Assembly: GCA_031280915.1 (NCBI GenBank)
Contig: JAITGC010000078.1
Location: 52,069-116,068, forward strand
Source of the DNA: Desulfovibrio sp.
GTDB taxonomy: Bacteria; Desulfobacterota; Desulfovibrionia; Desulfovibrionales; Desulfovibrionaceae
Length of the DNA: 64,000 bases
Direction: 5' to 3'
The notes under the pieces were generated by a model that worked only from the letters and a program-made list of their open reading frames with translations, ran no database searches and had not been told where the DNA came from. Of the stretch, positions 1-10,976 are shown piece after piece (positions within the stretch are counted from its first letter, which is position 1; every line of letters starts with the position of its first letter). A program made the translations under genes and the position numbers.

Positions 1-384
1 CGTAAATGGCAGAAGGGTCGTTTGCGCGGTCTGGCCTGCCGAGGCGCGACCATCGCCTTTGGCGATATCGGTCTGAAGGCGGTTGAGCACGGCCATTTGT
101 CGTCTCAGCAGATTGAGGCGGCGCGTATTGCCATGATGCGGCATATCAGGCGCGGCGGAAAGGTGTGGATTCGCGTTTTTCCGGACAGGCCTGTTACCGC
201 CAAGCCTTTGGAAACGCGCCAGGGATCGGGCAAAGGCGCGCCGGTGGGTTGGTGCGCTCCTGTCAAGCCGGGCCGCGTTTTGTACGAGATCAAAGGGGTA
301 ACTCTTGATCTGGCCAAACAAGCTCTCACCCTCGCGGCGCATAAATTGTCCGTAAAGACTGTTATTGTGGTCAGGGAGGGTTGA
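1..384 (+). CDS. rplP: 50S ribosomal protein L16 (5'-truncated by window edge)
   Basis: Open frame from base 1 ([10 protein letters not shown]...); [18 protein letters not shown] and GSGKG motifs; S10 operon order. Confidence 0.97.
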   Translation, partial: RKWQKGRLRGLACRGATIAFGDIGLKAVEHGHLSSQQIEAARIAMMRHIRRGGKVWIRVFPDRPVTAKPLETRQGSGKGAPVGWCAPVKPGRVLYEIKGVTLDLAKQALTLAAHKLSVKTVIVVREG

Positions 385-385
385 A

Positions 386-619
386 ATGGCCGCCAAAAAA
401 AATAAAGCCGAAAAATCCGGACGCCTCCCCCTCGGGGAACTACGAACTCTGAATGCCGATGAACTGCGTGGCAAACTCGCGGAAGGCCGTCGGGAACTGA
501 TGGACGCCCGCCTGAAGCACGCCGTGGCCCAGCTTGAGAGAACTTCCGAGATCAGGGCCTTGCGCAGACAGGTGGCGCGGATGATGACAGTATTGAACGA
601 AAAGCAGCAGAGGGCCTGA
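386..619 (+). CDS. rpmC: 50S ribosomal protein L29, with a short Lys-rich N-terminal extension
   Basis: ATG at 386 after GGAGG; ELRTL..EL, QLERTSEIRALRRQVARMMTVLNE; lies between rplP and rpsQ. Confidence 0.95.
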   Translation: MAAKKNKAEKSGRLPLGELRTLNADELRGKLAEGRRELMDARLKHAVAQLERTSEIRALRRQVARMMTVLNEKQQRA

Positions 620-621
620 AG

Positions 622-885
622 ATGCAAGCTCTGGAAAATCGCAAGGGCAGAACGCTGACCGGTATCGTTGTGAGCGACAAGAGCGACAAGACCATTGTCG
701 TCCGCGTCGAAACCTTGGTCAAGCATCCTTTGCTCAAAAAGTATGTGAGACGCCGCAAGAAATTCACGGCTCATGACCCCATGAATGAATGCGGCATGGG
801 CGACAAGGTCAAAATTGTCGAATTCCGTCCCATGTCCCGCAACAAACGCTGGCATTTGGCGTCAATTATTGAAAAGGCGGTATAG
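622..885 (+). CDS. rpsQ: 30S ribosomal protein S17
   Basis: [31 protein letters not shown]. Confidence 0.97.
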   Translation: MQALENRKGRTLTGIVVSDKSDKTIVVRVETLVKHPLLKKYVRRRKKFTAHDPMNECGMGDKVKIVEFRPMSRNKRWHLASIIEKAV

Positions 886-890
886 GGGCT

Positions 891-1259
891 ATGATACAGG
901 TAGAATCGACCCTTCAGGTCGCCGACAACTCCGGCGCGAAGAAAGTCGCTTGTATAAAGGTGCTCGGTGGCTCTCACCGTCGCTATGCCTCTGTGGGCGA
1001 CGTCATCGTGGTTTCCGTCAAAGAGGCCATTCCCCATAGCAAGGTGAAAAAAGGCGATGTGATGAAAGCCGTGATTGTGCGCACCGCTAAGGAAGTGCGT
1101 CGTAATGACGGTTCCTACATCAAATTTGACGGCAATGCGGCGGTACTGCTTTCCAGCCAGGGCGAACCCGTGGGTACGCGTATTTTCGGCCCGGTGGCCC
1201 GTGAACTCCGCGCCCAGAATTTTATGAAGATTATTTCCCTTGCGCCGGAAGTGCTTTAG
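891..1259 (+). CDS. rplN: 50S ribosomal protein L14
   Basis: MIQ...[31 protein letters not shown]. Confidence 0.98.
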   Translation: MIQVESTLQVADNSGAKKVACIKVLGGSHRRYASVGDVIVVSVKEAIPHSKVKKGDVMKAVIVRTAKEVRRNDGSYIKFDGNAAVLLSSQGEPVGTRIFGPVARELRAQNFMKIISLAPEVL

Positions 1260-1268
1260 GAGTTCATC

Positions 1269-1601
1269 ATGAAGATGTATCGCATCCGTAAGGATGACAA
1301 GGTGATGGTGATAGCCGGCAAAGACGCGGGCAAAGTCGGCAAAGTGCTCAAAATTCTTCGCAAAAAGGATCGCGTACTTGTGGAAAAGGCCAATATGGTC
1401 AAGCGCCACATGCGCCCCAACCCCTATGCCCGTCAGCCCGGCGGCATTGTGGAAAAGGAAATGCCCATACACGTTTCCAATGTCATGGTTGTGTGTTCCG
1501 CGTGCGGCAAAGCCACAAGGGTGGGTTACAGACACATTGAGGCCGAAGGCGGCTCAAAAAAGATCCGTTTTTGCAAAAAATGCAATGAAGTCATGGAATA
1601 A
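1269..1601 (+). CDS. rplX: 50S ribosomal protein L24
   Basis: KOW motif [17 protein letters not shown]; [15 protein letters not shown]. Confidence 0.97.
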   Translation: MKMYRIRKDDKVMVIAGKDAGKVGKVLKILRKKDRVLVEKANMVKRHMRPNPYARQPGGIVEKEMPIHVSNVMVVCSACGKATRVGYRHIEAEGGSKKIRFCKKCNEVME

Positions 1602-1610
1602 GGTGATACG

Positions 1611-2150
1611 ATGACACGCCTTGAAAAGATATATAGAGAGAAAGTTATTCCGGTTTTGCGGAAAGAGTTCAATTACACCTCTTCCATGCAACTGCCCGGT
1701 CTTGAGAAAATCTCTCTGAACATCGGCCTGGGCGCGGCGACGCAGAACAACAAGATGATGGAAGAGGCCGTTGCCGAACTTACCGCCATCGCCGGACAAA
1801 AAGCGGTGGTGACGCGCGCCAAGAAGTCCATTGCCGCCTTCAAGCTGCGCGAGGGCATGCCCATTGGCGCGCGCGTTACCTTGCGCAAGGATCGCATGTG
1901 GGACTTCCTGGATAAACTGATGAATTTCGCGTTGCCGCGAGTACGTGATTTCCGGGGTATTCCCGACCGGGGATTTGACGGCCGGGGTAATTTTACCCTC
2001 GGTATCAGGGAGCACACTATTTTTCCGGAGTTGGAAATTGACCGTGTGGAAAACCCCAAGGGCATGAATATTACTATTGTCACAACGGCGTCCACAGACA
2101 AGGAAGGTAAATTCCTTCTGGACAAACTCGGCATGCCCTTCAGGAAATAG
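1611..2150 (+). CDS. rplE: 50S ribosomal protein L5
   Basis: [31 protein letters not shown]. Confidence 0.98.
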   Translation: MTRLEKIYREKVIPVLRKEFNYTSSMQLPGLEKISLNIGLGAATQNNKMMEEAVAELTAIAGQKAVVTRAKKSIAAFKLREGMPIGARVTLRKDRMWDFLDKLMNFALPRVRDFRGIPDRGFDGRGNFTLGIREHTIFPELEIDRVENPKGMNITIVTTASTDKEGKFLLDKLGMPFRK

Positions 2151-2187
2151 GCGCATCCGTTACAACTACAGTCAGGAGCATAAGCGT

Positions 2188-2373
2188 ATGTCGCGTACTT
2201 CGCTCGCCGTGAAGGCAAAGCGCAAAGCCAGGTTCAGTGCACGCGCCTATAACCGCTGCCCGCTCTGCGGCAGGCCCAGAGCTTTTATTCGTCAGTTCGG
2301 CGTTTGCCGCATCTGTTTCCGCAGTATGGCTTTGCGGGGCGAATTGCCGGGCGTGCGCAAGTCGAGTTGGTAG
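2188..2373 (+). CDS. rpsN: 30S ribosomal protein S14, zinc-binding (type Z), 61 aa
   Basis: ATG at 2188 after AGGAG; RCPLCGRPR and CRICFR zinc motifs; ends [11 protein letters not shown]. Confidence 0.96.
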   Translation: MSRTSLAVKAKRKARFSARAYNRCPLCGRPRAFIRQFGVCRICFRSMALRGELPGVRKSSW

Positions 2374-2400
2374 AATATCAACCCCATTGAGGAGCTTTCG

Positions 2401-2781
2401 ATGTTGACAGATCCCATTGCGGACATGCTCACCCGTATCCGCAACGCGCATTTGGCCCTGCACAAGGAAGTGAATGTGCCGCGCTCAAGGATGAAGGAAT
2501 CGCTGGCCTTTATCCTCCAGCAGGAAGGTTACGTCGAGGACGTTGCCGTGGCGGACAAAATCATCACCCTCACCCTGAAGTACCGGAAAGGCCGGCCGGC
2601 CATCCTGGGTCTCAAGCGTGTGAGCACGCCGGGCAGGCGTGTGTATGTGGGGGCAAAGGCGATACCGCGCGTACAGAACGGCTTAGGCATATGCATCCTT
2701 TCCACGTCCGATGGCATACTGGACGGAATGACCGCTCAGGAAAAGAAGGTGGGCGGCGAACTTCTTTGTGAAATTTGGTAG
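2401..2781 (+). CDS. rpsH: 30S ribosomal protein S8
   Basis: TDPIADMLTRIRNA, RVSTPGRRVY, GGELLCEIW. Confidence 0.98.
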   Translation: MLTDPIADMLTRIRNAHLALHKEVNVPRSRMKESLAFILQQEGYVEDVAVADKIITLTLKYRKGRPAILGLKRVSTPGRRVYVGAKAIPRVQNGLGICILSTSDGILDGMTAQEKKVGGELLCEIW

Positions 2782-2788
2782 GTGCTTT

Positions 2789-3328
2789 ATGTCCAGAATA
2801 GGTAAACTGCCCATCCCTGTCCCTGCCGGTGTTGAAGTCGCCGTGGGGATGGATGTTGTGGAAGTGAAAGGCCCGAAGGGCGTTCTTAAAACGCCTTTCT
2901 GTCCTTTGCTCAAATATGATCTGGCCGACGGCCGTCTGAGCCTCTCCCGTCTGGAAGATACCCGTCAAAGCCGCTCTCAGCATGGCCTGCGCCGTACGCT
3001 TTTGGCAAATTGCATTGAAGGGGTCACCAAGGGTTTTTCCAAATCCCTAGAAGTTATCGGCGTCGGTTACCGCGTTGCCGTCAAAGGCGATATCATAGAA
3101 TTGGCTGTGGGTTACTCGCATCCCGTTCTTATGGAAGTTCCCGCTGGCCTTAAGGCCGCAGTGGAAGGCCAAGTATTGACCATCAGCGGGATAGACAAGG
3201 AATTGGTCGGCGAATTTGCCGCTCGGCTTCGTAGAATACGCAAGCCCGAACCTTACAAAGGCAAGGGCATCAAGTATGCGACCGAGACCATACGCCGCAA
3301 GGTCGGCAAGTCCGGCGGCAAGAAGTAG
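2789..3328 (+). CDS. rplF: 50S ribosomal protein L6
   Basis: MSRIGKLPI start at 2789; GVGYR, RKPEPYKGKGIKY. Confidence 0.98.
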   Translation: MSRIGKLPIPVPAGVEVAVGMDVVEVKGPKGVLKTPFCPLLKYDLADGRLSLSRLEDTRQSRSQHGLRRTLLANCIEGVTKGFSKSLEVIGVGYRVAVKGDIIELAVGYSHPVLMEVPAGLKAAVEGQVLTISGIDKELVGEFAARLRRIRKPEPYKGKGIKYATETIRRKVGKSGGKK

Positions 3329-3337
3329 GGTAGCGTC

Positions 3338-3697
3338 ATGAATTTTACCAAGAATGAATCTCGCAAGCGCCGCAAAATACGCATCCGCAAAAAGGTGAAC
3401 GGTACGCCCGCCCGCCCGCGACTTGTGGTGTACAGGTCAAATCTGCACATTTACGCGCAGATAGTGAATGACATGTCTGGCGCGGTGTTGGCGAGCGCCT
3501 CCACCCTTTCCCTTTCCAGGGGTGAGCCGGGACTTGGCTGCAATATGGCCGGCGCGGAGCGCGTGGGTAAGGAAATTGCACGTCTGGCCGGGGAAAAGAG
3601 CATCACCCGTGTGGTGTTTGATCGCAACGGGTATTTATACCACGGCCGCGTCAAGGCTGTGGCCGACAGCGCCCGCGAAGGCGGCTTGGAGTTCTGA
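3338..3697 (+). CDS. rplR: 50S ribosomal protein L18
   Basis: [40 protein letters not shown]. Confidence 0.98.
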   Translation: MNFTKNESRKRRKIRIRKKVNGTPARPRLVVYRSNLHIYAQIVNDMSGAVLASASTLSLSRGEPGLGCNMAGAERVGKEIARLAGEKSITRVVFDRNGYLYHGRVKAVADSAREGGLEF

Positions 3698-3698
3698 T

Positions 3699-4211
3699 AT
3701 GCGGCAGGAAAATGCGGAAAACCAGCAGAACGAGCTGGGAGAAATTGAAAAAATTGTTTCTTTGAACCGTGTGGCCAAGGTTGTGAAGGGCGGTCGCCGT
3801 TTCAGCTTCAGTGCTCTCGTGGTTGTGGGCGACGGCAAGGGGGGCGTCGGCTTTGGCCTGGGCAAGGCCCAGGAAGTGCCGGAGGCCCTGCGCAAGGCGA
3901 CGGAGCGCGCGCGCAAGAACCGTGTGCGCGTGCCTCTTGTTGAGGGAACCCTGCCCTATGAAGTGCTTGGCCGCTTCGGCGCGGGACAGGTTATGCTCAA
4001 GCCCGCTTCGCAGGGCACGGGTATTATCGCCGGTGGCGCCGTTCGCGCCTTGATGGAGGCCGTCGGCGTGCGCGATGTGCTGGCCAAGGCCATCGGCACC
4101 AACAACCCCCACAATGTGCTTCGCGCCACAATGCAAGGCCTTTCCTCCTTGCGCAGTTCCGAGGATGTGTCCTCTTTGCGCGGCAAAAAACTGGAAGCGC
4201 CGAGGAAATAA
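3699..4211 (+). CDS. rpsE: 30S ribosomal protein S5
   Basis: ATG at 3699; [35 protein letters not shown]. Confidence 0.97.
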   Translation: MRQENAENQQNELGEIEKIVSLNRVAKVVKGGRRFSFSALVVVGDGKGGVGFGLGKAQEVPEALRKATERARKNRVRVPLVEGTLPYEVLGRFGAGQVMLKPASQGTGIIAGGAVRALMEAVGVRDVLAKAIGTNNPHNVLRATMQGLSSLRSSEDVSSLRGKKLEAPRK

Positions 4212-4213
4212 TC

Positions 4214-4390
4214 ATGCCGGAAATCAAGATAAAACTCATCCGTTCGCGTATCGGCACAACTCCTGCGCAGCGCAGGCAGCTTGACGCCCTCGGCCTCAAG
4301 CGCCGCGAAATGGTGAAAACATTCAGGGACACGCCCGCGATCCGGGGCATTATTCAGAAAATTTCACATCTTGTGGCCGTTGTTGATTAA
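4214..4390 (+). CDS. rpmD: 50S ribosomal protein L30 (58 aa, absent from ORF track)
   Basis: Manual translation MPEIKIKLIRSRIGTTPAQRRQLDALGLKRREMVKTFRDTPAIRGIIQKISHLVAVVD; lies between rpsE and rplO. Confidence 0.95.
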   Translation: MPEIKIKLIRSRIGTTPAQRRQLDALGLKRREMVKTFRDTPAIRGIIQKISHLVAVVD

Positions 4391-4414
4391 GCCGCAGAGG
4401 CAGGAGACATACAA

Positions 4415-4882
4415 ATGCAGTTGCACGATCTTTTTCCTTTTCCCGAAGAGCGTAAAACGCGCCGTCGCGTGGGCAGAGGTTCCGGCTCCGGCTTGGGCTG
4501 CACGGCGGGTAAGGGGCACAAGGGGCAGAACGCTCGCTCCGGCGGAGGTGTGCGTCCCGGCTTTGAGGGAGGGCAGATGCCTTTGCAACGCCGGTTGCCC
4601 AAACACGGTTTCAAAAACGCCATGTTTAAGGTTACGTACGAAGTCATCAACCTTGATGTTCTCCTCAATGCCTTTGAGGGCAAAAAGAGCATCTCGCTGG
4701 ATGACATTTACGCCCGTGGGCTTGCTCGCGCGGGAGCGCCGGTGAAAATACTCGCGCGGGGGGAGATAGCCTCTTCCCTCAATGTGGAGGCGCATCGTTT
4801 CAGTCGCATTGCGGCGGATAAAATTCGCCAGGCGGGTGGAACTGTGACAGAATTGGAAGCATCCGGCAAAGACGGCGACTAG
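4415..4882 (+). CDS. rplO: 50S ribosomal protein L15
   Basis: RVGRGSGSGLG, GHKGQNARSG, GFEGGQMPLQRRLPK. Confidence 0.98.
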   Translation: MQLHDLFPFPEERKTRRRVGRGSGSGLGCTAGKGHKGQNARSGGGVRPGFEGGQMPLQRRLPKHGFKNAMFKVTYEVINLDVLLNAFEGKKSISLDDIYARGLARAGAPVKILARGEIASSLNVEAHRFSRIAADKIRQAGGTVTELEASGKDGD

Positions 4883-4924
4883 TCCGGCTTTGTTGAATCA
4901 ACATCGCAGACAATCGAGTTTTTC

Positions 4925-6238
4925 ATGGCGGCATTACCGGCGAACACAACGGCTGGCCAGCCCGACCTCGTAAAACGCCTCGGCTGGACCTTTTTTATTC
5001 TCTGCTGCTACCGTATAGGTGTGCATGTGCCTATTCCGGGAGTTGACGCGGCGGCTCTGTCCGCTTTTTTTGAAAGCATGTCCGGTACGCTTTTCAGCCT
5101 TTTTGACATGTTTTCTGGCGGCGGGCTGAGCAATGTTTCCATATTCGCTCTGGGTGTGATGCCCTATATTTCCGCCTCCATCATCATGCAGCTTCTGCAG
5201 GTGGTAAGCCCCGACATAAAGCGCATGGCCAAGGAGGAAGGCCAGGCCGGCCGCAGAAAAATCACTCAGTATACGCGCTATCTCACGGTGCTCATTACTC
5301 TGGTGCAGGGCTTCGGCATAGCCGTGGGTCTTGAAAATATGACCAGCCCCGTCGGTACGCCCGTGGTTCTTGTGCCGGGCTTGCATTTTCGCTTTGTCAC
5401 CATGATGACCTTTACAGGCGGAGCCATGCTGGTCATGTGGCTTGGTGAGCAGATCACCGAGCGCGGCATTGGCAACGGCATATCCCTGATTATTTTCTGC
5501 GGCATCGTTGTGGGTATCCCGCGCGGCGTCATCCAGTCCTATGCTCTGATTCAGGCGGGAGATCTGAATATATTCATGGCCATTGTGCTGTTGCTCCTTA
5601 TGGCTGCCGTGACGGTGTGCATAGTTTTTGTGGAGCGTGCCCAGCGGCGTATTCCTGTGAGCTACGCCAAGCGTCAGATAGGCCGGAAAATGTTCGGCGG
5701 GCAGAATAGCCACCTGCCTCTCCGCGTGAATACGGCAGGTGTTATTCCGCCGATATTCGCCTCGTCTCTGCTGCTTTTTCCGGCGACCATAGGCCAGTTT
5801 TCTTCCAACGAATACATTAAGCGCGCGGCGGATTTTTTTTCGCCCAACGGCCTGGCTTACAATGTCCTTTACGTCGCTTTGATTTTCTTTTTCTGCTATT
5901 TTTACACGGCGATTATTTTTGATCCCAAGGATATGTCGGAAAATCTGAAGAAGGCGGGGGGATTTATCCCTGGTATCAGGCCGGGAGAAAAAACGCAGCA
6001 GTATATTGACGCCGTGCTTTCCCGTCTTACCCTGTCCGGCGGGATATACATCGCCCTTGTGTCGTTGCTGCCCATGTTTCTGATAAGCAATTTCAACGTG
6101 CCCTTTTATTTCGGCGGCACCAGTCTGCTCATACTTGTCGGCGTGGCAATGGATTTTATGAATCAGGTTGAATCACACATGATTTCCAACCAGTATCAAG
6201 GGCTTATGCACAAGGCTCGTAAAGCCGGAAAAGCGTGA
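4925..6238 (+). CDS. secY: Preprotein translocase subunit SecY
   Basis: SIFALGVMPYISASII, WLGEQITERGIGNGISLII, GGFIPGIRPG, FYFGGTSLLI. Confidence 0.98.
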   Translation: MAALPANTTAGQPDLVKRLGWTFFILCCYRIGVHVPIPGVDAAALSAFFESMSGTLFSLFDMFSGGGLSNVSIFALGVMPYISASIIMQLLQVVSPDIKRMAKEEGQAGRRKITQYTRYLTVLITLVQGFGIAVGLENMTSPVGTPVVLVPGLHFRFVTMMTFTGGAMLVMWLGEQITERGIGNGISLIIFCGIVVGIPRGVIQSYALIQAGDLNIFMAIVLLLLMAAVTVCIVFVERAQRRIPVSYAKRQIGRKMFGGQNSHLPLRVNTAGVIPPIFASSLLLFPATIGQFSSNEYIKRAADFFSPNGLAYNVLYVALIFFFCYFYTAIIFDPKDMSENLKKAGGFIPGIRPGEKTQQYIDAVLSRLTLSGGIYIALVSLLPMFLISNFNVPFYFGGTSLLILVGVAMDFMNQVESHMISNQYQGLMHKARKAGKA

Positions 6239-6289
6239 CCGGCTGAGCCACTCAGCCGGTCGTGTCCGTGTGAGGGCGATATCCCGGGC

Positions 6290-7084
6290 ATGAAGAAATT
6301 TCAGGGCGTCTATATAAAGAATGAGCGTGAAATTGCCTGTCTTGCGGAAGCCAACCGCATAGTGGCGAATATTCTCGACGCCATCGGCGACATGATTGCC
6401 CCCGGCCTCGAAACCATGCGTATTGAGGAACTCGCTCTAGATTGCTGTGCGAAATACAAGGTTAAACCGGCTTTCCAGGGCTACTTCGGTTATCCCTATG
6501 CCGTGTGTTGCTCGGTGAACGAGCAGGTGGTGCACGGATTCCCTTCAGCCAGAAAGCTCAGGGAGGGCGACATCGTCAGCGTCGATATGGGCGTTGTTTA
6601 TGAGGGCTTTGTGGGAGATGCGGCCCGTACTTGGCCGGTTGGCCGGGTGAGCGAGGATGCCATGAAGCTTATGCGCGTGACGGAAGAGAGTTTGTATGTA
6701 GGCATTGACAAGGCCCGAGCCGGTAACAATGTTTACGACATCGGCGCCGCTGTGCAGTGGTTTGTGGAAGCGGCCGGCTTTAATGTAGTGCGGCGTTTTG
6801 TCGGGCATGGCGTCGGAGCCAAGATGCATGAAAAACCGGAAGTGCCTAACTTTAGACCGGCCTTTCGCGGTATCACTCTTCAGCCCGGCATGGTCATCGC
6901 CATTGAACCTATGGTGACGGCGGGGACGTATGAGGTGGATATTCTGGACGATAAATGGACGGCTGTTACTCGTGACGGCGGGTTGGCCGCCCATTTTGAG
7001 CACAGCGTGGCCGTGACGCACGGTGAGCCGAGAATTTTGAGCATTTCGGATCGCGGGCTTGGCCGCCGTATAATTAGCGCTTGA
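6290..7084 (+). CDS. map: Type I methionine aminopeptidase
   Basis: SVNEQVVHGFP, GDIVSVDMG, GHGVG..MHEKP, AIEPMV, AHFEHSV. Confidence 0.97.
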   Translation: MKKFQGVYIKNEREIACLAEANRIVANILDAIGDMIAPGLETMRIEELALDCCAKYKVKPAFQGYFGYPYAVCCSVNEQVVHGFPSARKLREGDIVSVDMGVVYEGFVGDAARTWPVGRVSEDAMKLMRVTEESLYVGIDKARAGNNVYDIGAAVQWFVEAAGFNVVRRFVGHGVGAKMHEKPEVPNFRPAFRGITLQPGMVIAIEPMVTAGTYEVDILDDKWTAVTRDGGLAAHFEHSVAVTHGEPRILSISDRGLGRRIISA

Positions 7085-7161
7085 CAAATCAGAGCGGGAC
7101 TGGCAAAAATATCTGTTCTTGCTCTGATTTTTCTGGCTGATGCCATTACTGGAGATGCCTT

Positions 7162-7275
7162 ATGAAAGTAAGACCTTCCGTCAAGAAAATATGCCCCAAG
7201 TGCAAACTGATACGGCGCAGGGGAGTGCTTAGAGTCATTTGTGAAAACCCCCGGCACAAACAGCGCCAGGGATAG
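7162..7275 (+). CDS. rpmJ: 50S ribosomal protein L36 (37 aa, absent from ORF track)
   Basis: Manual translation [37 protein letters not shown]; GGAG upstream. Confidence 0.97.
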   Translation: MKVRPSVKKICPKCKLIRRRGVLRVICENPRHKQRQG

Positions 7276-7290
7276 AGCGGGAGTATATCT

Positions 7291-7659
7291 GTGGCGAGAA
7301 TAGCAGGCGTTGATTTGCCGCGCGGCAAACGGGTGGACATTGCGCTCACCTATATCTATGGTGTAGGCCGTTCCACGGCACTGAAAGTTCTGGACAGCAC
7401 CGGCGTTAACTGGGAAAGGAACATTGACGACCTTTCGGCCGATGAAGTCAACGAGATCCGCAAGGAGTTGGAACAGCATTACAAAGTGGAAGGCGACCTG
7501 CGCCGCGAAATTTCCGGCAGCATCAAGCGGCTCATGGATATCGGCTGCTATCGCGGTCTGCGCCACCGGCGCGGTTTGCCGGCGCGCGGCCAACGTACGC
7601 ATACCAACGCGCGTACCCGCAAGGGACCGCGGCGCGGCGCTGTAGGCAAAAAGAAATAA
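7291..7659 (+). CDS. rpsM: 30S ribosomal protein S13
   Basis: GTG start; [34 protein letters not shown]. Confidence 0.98.
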   Translation: MARIAGVDLPRGKRVDIALTYIYGVGRSTALKVLDSTGVNWERNIDDLSADEVNEIRKELEQHYKVEGDLRREISGSIKRLMDIGCYRGLRHRRGLPARGQRTHTNARTRKGPRRGAVGKKK

Positions 7660-7675
7660 TTGACGAGGGACAGTC

Positions 7676-8065
7676 ATGGCAAGACCCAGAAAAGTAGCCA
7701 AAAAAAAGGAAAAAAAGAACGTGCCTGTCGGCCTTGTCCACATCCAGGCTTCGTTCAACAATACTATTATTACCTTTACCGACACCCGCGGAAATGCTGT
7801 TTCTTGGGCTTCCTCCGGGCAGAGCGGCTTCAAGGGCTCGCGCAAGTCCACGCCCTTTGCCGCCCAGGTCGCGGCGGAGACGGCCGCGCGAAAGGCTCAG
7901 GACAACGGCATGCGCACAGTCGGCGTTTATGTCAGGGGGCCGGGGTCAGGCCGTGAAGCCGCCATGCGCGCCATAGCTTCAGCGGGTTTTCGCGTGACCT
8001 TTATTCGAGACATCACGCCTATCCCGCACAACGGCTGCCGTCCGCCGAAGCGTCGCCGCGTGTAA
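7676..8065 (+). CDS. rpsK: 30S ribosomal protein S11
   Basis: [37 protein letters not shown]. Confidence 0.98.
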   Translation: MARPRKVAKKKEKKNVPVGLVHIQASFNNTIITFTDTRGNAVSWASSGQSGFKGSRKSTPFAAQVAAETAARKAQDNGMRTVGVYVRGPGSGREAAMRAIASAGFRVTFIRDITPIPHNGCRPPKRRRV

Positions 8066-8107
8066 TTTTTCTCAGTAGTTAGTACAGCAAAGCGAAGAGG
8101 ACATTCC

Positions 8108-8734
8108 ATGGCCAAATATATTGAAGCCAAATGCCGTATTTGCCGTCGTGAAGGATGCAAGCTTTTTTTGAAGGGCGACCGGTGTTTTACGGACAAATGC
8201 GGATATGACCGCCGCCCCTATGCTCCCGGTCAGCACGGCAGAGCGCGCAAGAAGATGAGCGAATACGCGGTGCAGTTGCGTGAAAAGCAGAAGACCCGCC
8301 GCGCTTACGGCGTGTTGGAGCGCCAGTTTCGCGGCTACTTTGAAAAAGCGGAAATGCAGAAGGGCGTCACCGGCGCGAATCTTCTCATTATGTTGGAGCG
8401 ACGCCTCGACAACGTTGTGTACCGCCTGGGTTTCGCCAACTCTCGCAACCAGGCCCGCCAACTCGTACGCCACGGTATTTTTACCCTTAACGGGCGCAAG
8501 GTGAACATCCCCTCGCTTCAGGTAAGAGTTGGAGATGTGGTCGCCGTTCCGGAAAAAAATCGAAAAATACCTGTTCTTGCCGAGGCTCAGGAAGTGATTG
8601 CCCGCCGCGGTTGCCCTGCCTGGCTGGAGTCCGTCGGCGCTGATTTCAAAGGGACTGTCAAGGCCCTGCCGCAACGTGACGACATTCAGTTCTCTGTCAA
8701 TGAGCAGTTGATTGTTGAACTTTATTCGAAATAA
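8108..8734 (+). CDS. rpsD: 30S ribosomal protein S4
   Basis: [44 protein letters not shown]. Confidence 0.98.
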   Translation: MAKYIEAKCRICRREGCKLFLKGDRCFTDKCGYDRRPYAPGQHGRARKKMSEYAVQLREKQKTRRAYGVLERQFRGYFEKAEMQKGVTGANLLIMLERRLDNVVYRLGFANSRNQARQLVRHGIFTLNGRKVNIPSLQVRVGDVVAVPEKNRKIPVLAEAQEVIARRGCPAWLESVGADFKGTVKALPQRDDIQFSVNEQLIVELYSK

Positions 8735-8745
8735 GCGGGGGATGC

Positions 8746-9789
8746 ATGCTTATCAAACAGGGCGAACGCCTTATCAATGCGCGTAACTGGTCCGAGCTTG
8801 TCAAGCCGGATCGTATTTTACGCGAAGAAGGGACGGCCGACGGCTCCCACGCCAGATTCATTTGCGAGCCTTTGGAGCGGGGTTACGGCACCACCATCGG
8901 CAATGCCTTGCGGCGTGTTCTGTTGTCTTCCTTGCAGGGGGCCGCTTTTGTGGCTGTGAAAATAGCGGGAGTGCAGCATGAATTCACCACGATCCACGGT
9001 GTGCTGGAAGACATAACCGACATTGCGCTCAACTTGAAGCAGGTGCGTCTGCGCATGGATACTGATGAACCTCAGCGGCTGACCTTGCGCGTGGAAGGCA
9101 AGGGAGTCGTCACAGCCGGGCGGATCGTCGCGACGCACAATGTGGAAATTCTGAATCCGGGTCAACACATCGCCACGTTGACCGAGGATGTTGTTCTGGA
9201 GATGGAGTTGGAGGCGCGCATGGGCAAAGGCTACGTGTCCGCCGACATGCACGAGGGTCTTTCCGATGAAATTGGCCTTATAAAGCTTGACTCCAGCTTT
9301 TCCCCCGTGCGTAAGGTAGCCTACAGTGTCGAACAGGCCCGTGTGGGGCAGATGACCAACTATGACCGCCTTATTCTGGATGTCTGGACCGATGGCTCAA
9401 TCACGCCGGAAGACGCCATTGCCTACAGCGCGAAAATCATTAAGGATCAAATTTCTGTTTTCATCAATTTTGATGACCATGTTCCCGGAGAGCGCGGCAC
9501 TGGCTGCTCTGACGGAGGGGAATGGAACGAGTCTCTTTTCAAGCATATTGACGATCTGGAACTGTCGGTACGTGCGACCAACTGTCTGCGTAGCGCTAAC
9601 ATCGCCTTTGTAGGCGAGCTTGTTCAGCGTTCCGAGTCGGAAATGCTCAGGACAAAGAATTTCGGCCGCAAGTCACTGGATGAAATCAAAAGTGTGCTCC
9701 TGAACCTTGGCCTCGATTTTGAAATGAAGCTTGACGGTTTTGAAAAGAAATATCAGGAATGGAAAAGGAAACAGCAAAATGAGGCATAG
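8746..9789 (+). CDS. rpoA: RNA polymerase alpha subunit
   Basis: [45 protein letters not shown]. Confidence 0.98.
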   Translation: MLIKQGERLINARNWSELVKPDRILREEGTADGSHARFICEPLERGYGTTIGNALRRVLLSSLQGAAFVAVKIAGVQHEFTTIHGVLEDITDIALNLKQVRLRMDTDEPQRLTLRVEGKGVVTAGRIVATHNVEILNPGQHIATLTEDVVLEMELEARMGKGYVSADMHEGLSDEIGLIKLDSSFSPVRKVAYSVEQARVGQMTNYDRLILDVWTDGSITPEDAIAYSAKIIKDQISVFINFDDHVPGERGTGCSDGGEWNESLFKHIDDLELSVRATNCLRSANIAFVGELVQRSESEMLRTKNFGRKSLDEIKSVLLNLGLDFEMKLDGFEKKYQEWKRKQQNEA

Positions 9790-10282
9790 CAATTCCGGCA
9801 GAAAGTTTTCGCGTACGCCGTCGCACCGCAAGGCGCTGATGCAGAATTTGGCCAAGGCTTTGCTGATCCACGGCAGAATCCGCACTACGGAAATGAAGGC
9901 CAAGGATTTGCGACGCGTTGTCGAACCGCTGATCACTTTGGCCAAGCGCAATGATCTTCATTCCAGACGTCAGGCTTACCGCGTCCTGAATGACCATTCC
10001 CTTGTGAAGCGTCTTTTTGATGAAATCGGTCCTCTTTTTGCCAGTGTGCCCGGCGGTTACACCCGCATTTTGAAACTGGCCGCGCCGCGCAGGGGCGATA
10101 ACGCTCCCATGTCCATTATTGAGCTTTCCCGCACGGCGGTCAAAGGGGATGAGGGCAAGTCCGGAGAGGAGGCAAAAAGCGTGAAGACGGCCACCAAGTC
10201 CAAAAAGGTACAAAGCGCCGACAAGACCGGAAAAGTCGCAAAAGCTGAAAAATCCAAACCTGAAAAGTCTGAGCCCGAGTAG
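9779..10282 (+). CDS. rplQ: 50S ribosomal protein L17 with Lys/Glu/Ser-rich C-terminal tail
   Basis: [12 protein letters not shown] start at 9779; [25 protein letters not shown]. Confidence 0.97.
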   Translation: MRHSNSGRKFSRTPSHRKALMQNLAKALLIHGRIRTTEMKAKDLRRVVEPLITLAKRNDLHSRRQAYRVLNDHSLVKRLFDEIGPLFASVPGGYTRILKLAAPRRGDNAPMSIIELSRTAVKGDEGKSGEEAKSVKTATKSKKVQSADKTGKVAKAEKSKPEKSEPE

Positions 10283-10309
10283 CGATTTTTGCATTTCGAG
10301 CTTTATCAT

Positions 10310-10438
10310 TAGAGCATGTTACGCTTGAGATTGCCGTTTGAAGACGAAGTAAATTCGCTTTCAAACGGCAATCTTGCTGCAAGGATTTGCAAGTAAATCT
10401 CTGCGAGCAAATTATACATTGACACTTGCTGCGGCGCT
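10310..10438. repeat. Intergenic mosaic palindromic repeat (TAGAGCA family), also a likely terminator region for the alpha operon
   Basis: Starts TAGAGCATG; contains IR AGATTGCCGTTTGAA..TTCAAACGGCAATCT; ends ACACTTGCTGCGGCG, shared with copies near 20640 and 45940. Confidence 0.7.
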
Positions 10439-10956
10439 CACCGGCCAAGAGCTTCCCTCGCTTCGGGGGTCAAGCCCTTAAGGCTGTCCACAAGCCGTTC
10501 TCCGCCCAATTGTTCAGGATCCTGGACAATAATGACCAGAATATGCTCTTGCGTCGCGCTGACCCGCGTGATGGCGGGAGCTTTGAACTGCGTTCGTGGC
10601 TCACCGCTGAATGTCCAGAAATGTCCTTCCTGTTGCGGTTTTGTGCTGCTGTTTTGCATGGCTGCCAGCTTTGCCGCGATGTTTTCCACGCTGTTCGGCA
10701 GGGGGGGGAGAAGAAAGATGCTTACCACTCCCTTGATGTTTTCGCCTTCCTCGTCGTGCATTTTGAAAACCAGCATATATTCATTGTCTTTTTCGCCCGT
10801 AAAGCCTGTATTTTCCTCGCCGTCCCATCCGTCCGGCAAGTCCGCGGCAAAGTGCGTGTACGTTGTTGTCCGCGCCGAAGCTGGCCCCGCGGAACAGATG
10901 ATTAGGCCGATGAACAGGAATAAAAGAACAGTCGGCCGCGTCGTGAATCGCATCAT
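10438..10956 (-). CDS. Hypothetical exported/periplasmic protein
   Basis: Signal-peptide-like N-terminus (RPTVLLFLFIGLIICSAGPASA); follows mtaB on the same strand; start could be 10980. Confidence 0.7.
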   Translation of the reverse strand: MMRFTTRPTVLLFLFIGLIICSAGPASARTTTYTHFAADLPDGWDGEENTGFTGEKDNEYMLVFKMHDEEGENIKGVVSIFLLPPLPNSVENIAAKLAAMQNSSTKPQQEGHFWTFSGEPRTQFKAPAITRVSATQEHILVIIVQDPEQLGGERLVDSLKGLTPEAREALGR

Positions 10957-10976
10957 GTCTCTCCCGTATTGTGTTT

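Noticed and set aside
4925-7275. No adk or infA between secY and rpmJ
   Set aside because: Gene content here varies commonly between lineages; no scar visible.
10130-10282. Lys-rich tail on L17 (and N-terminal extension on L29)
   Set aside because: Low-complexity extensions on these ribosomal proteins are common and not novel.
10701-10708. G8 tract in the exported-protein gene
   Set aside because: Short and in frame (encodes LPPL); no evidence of slippage.
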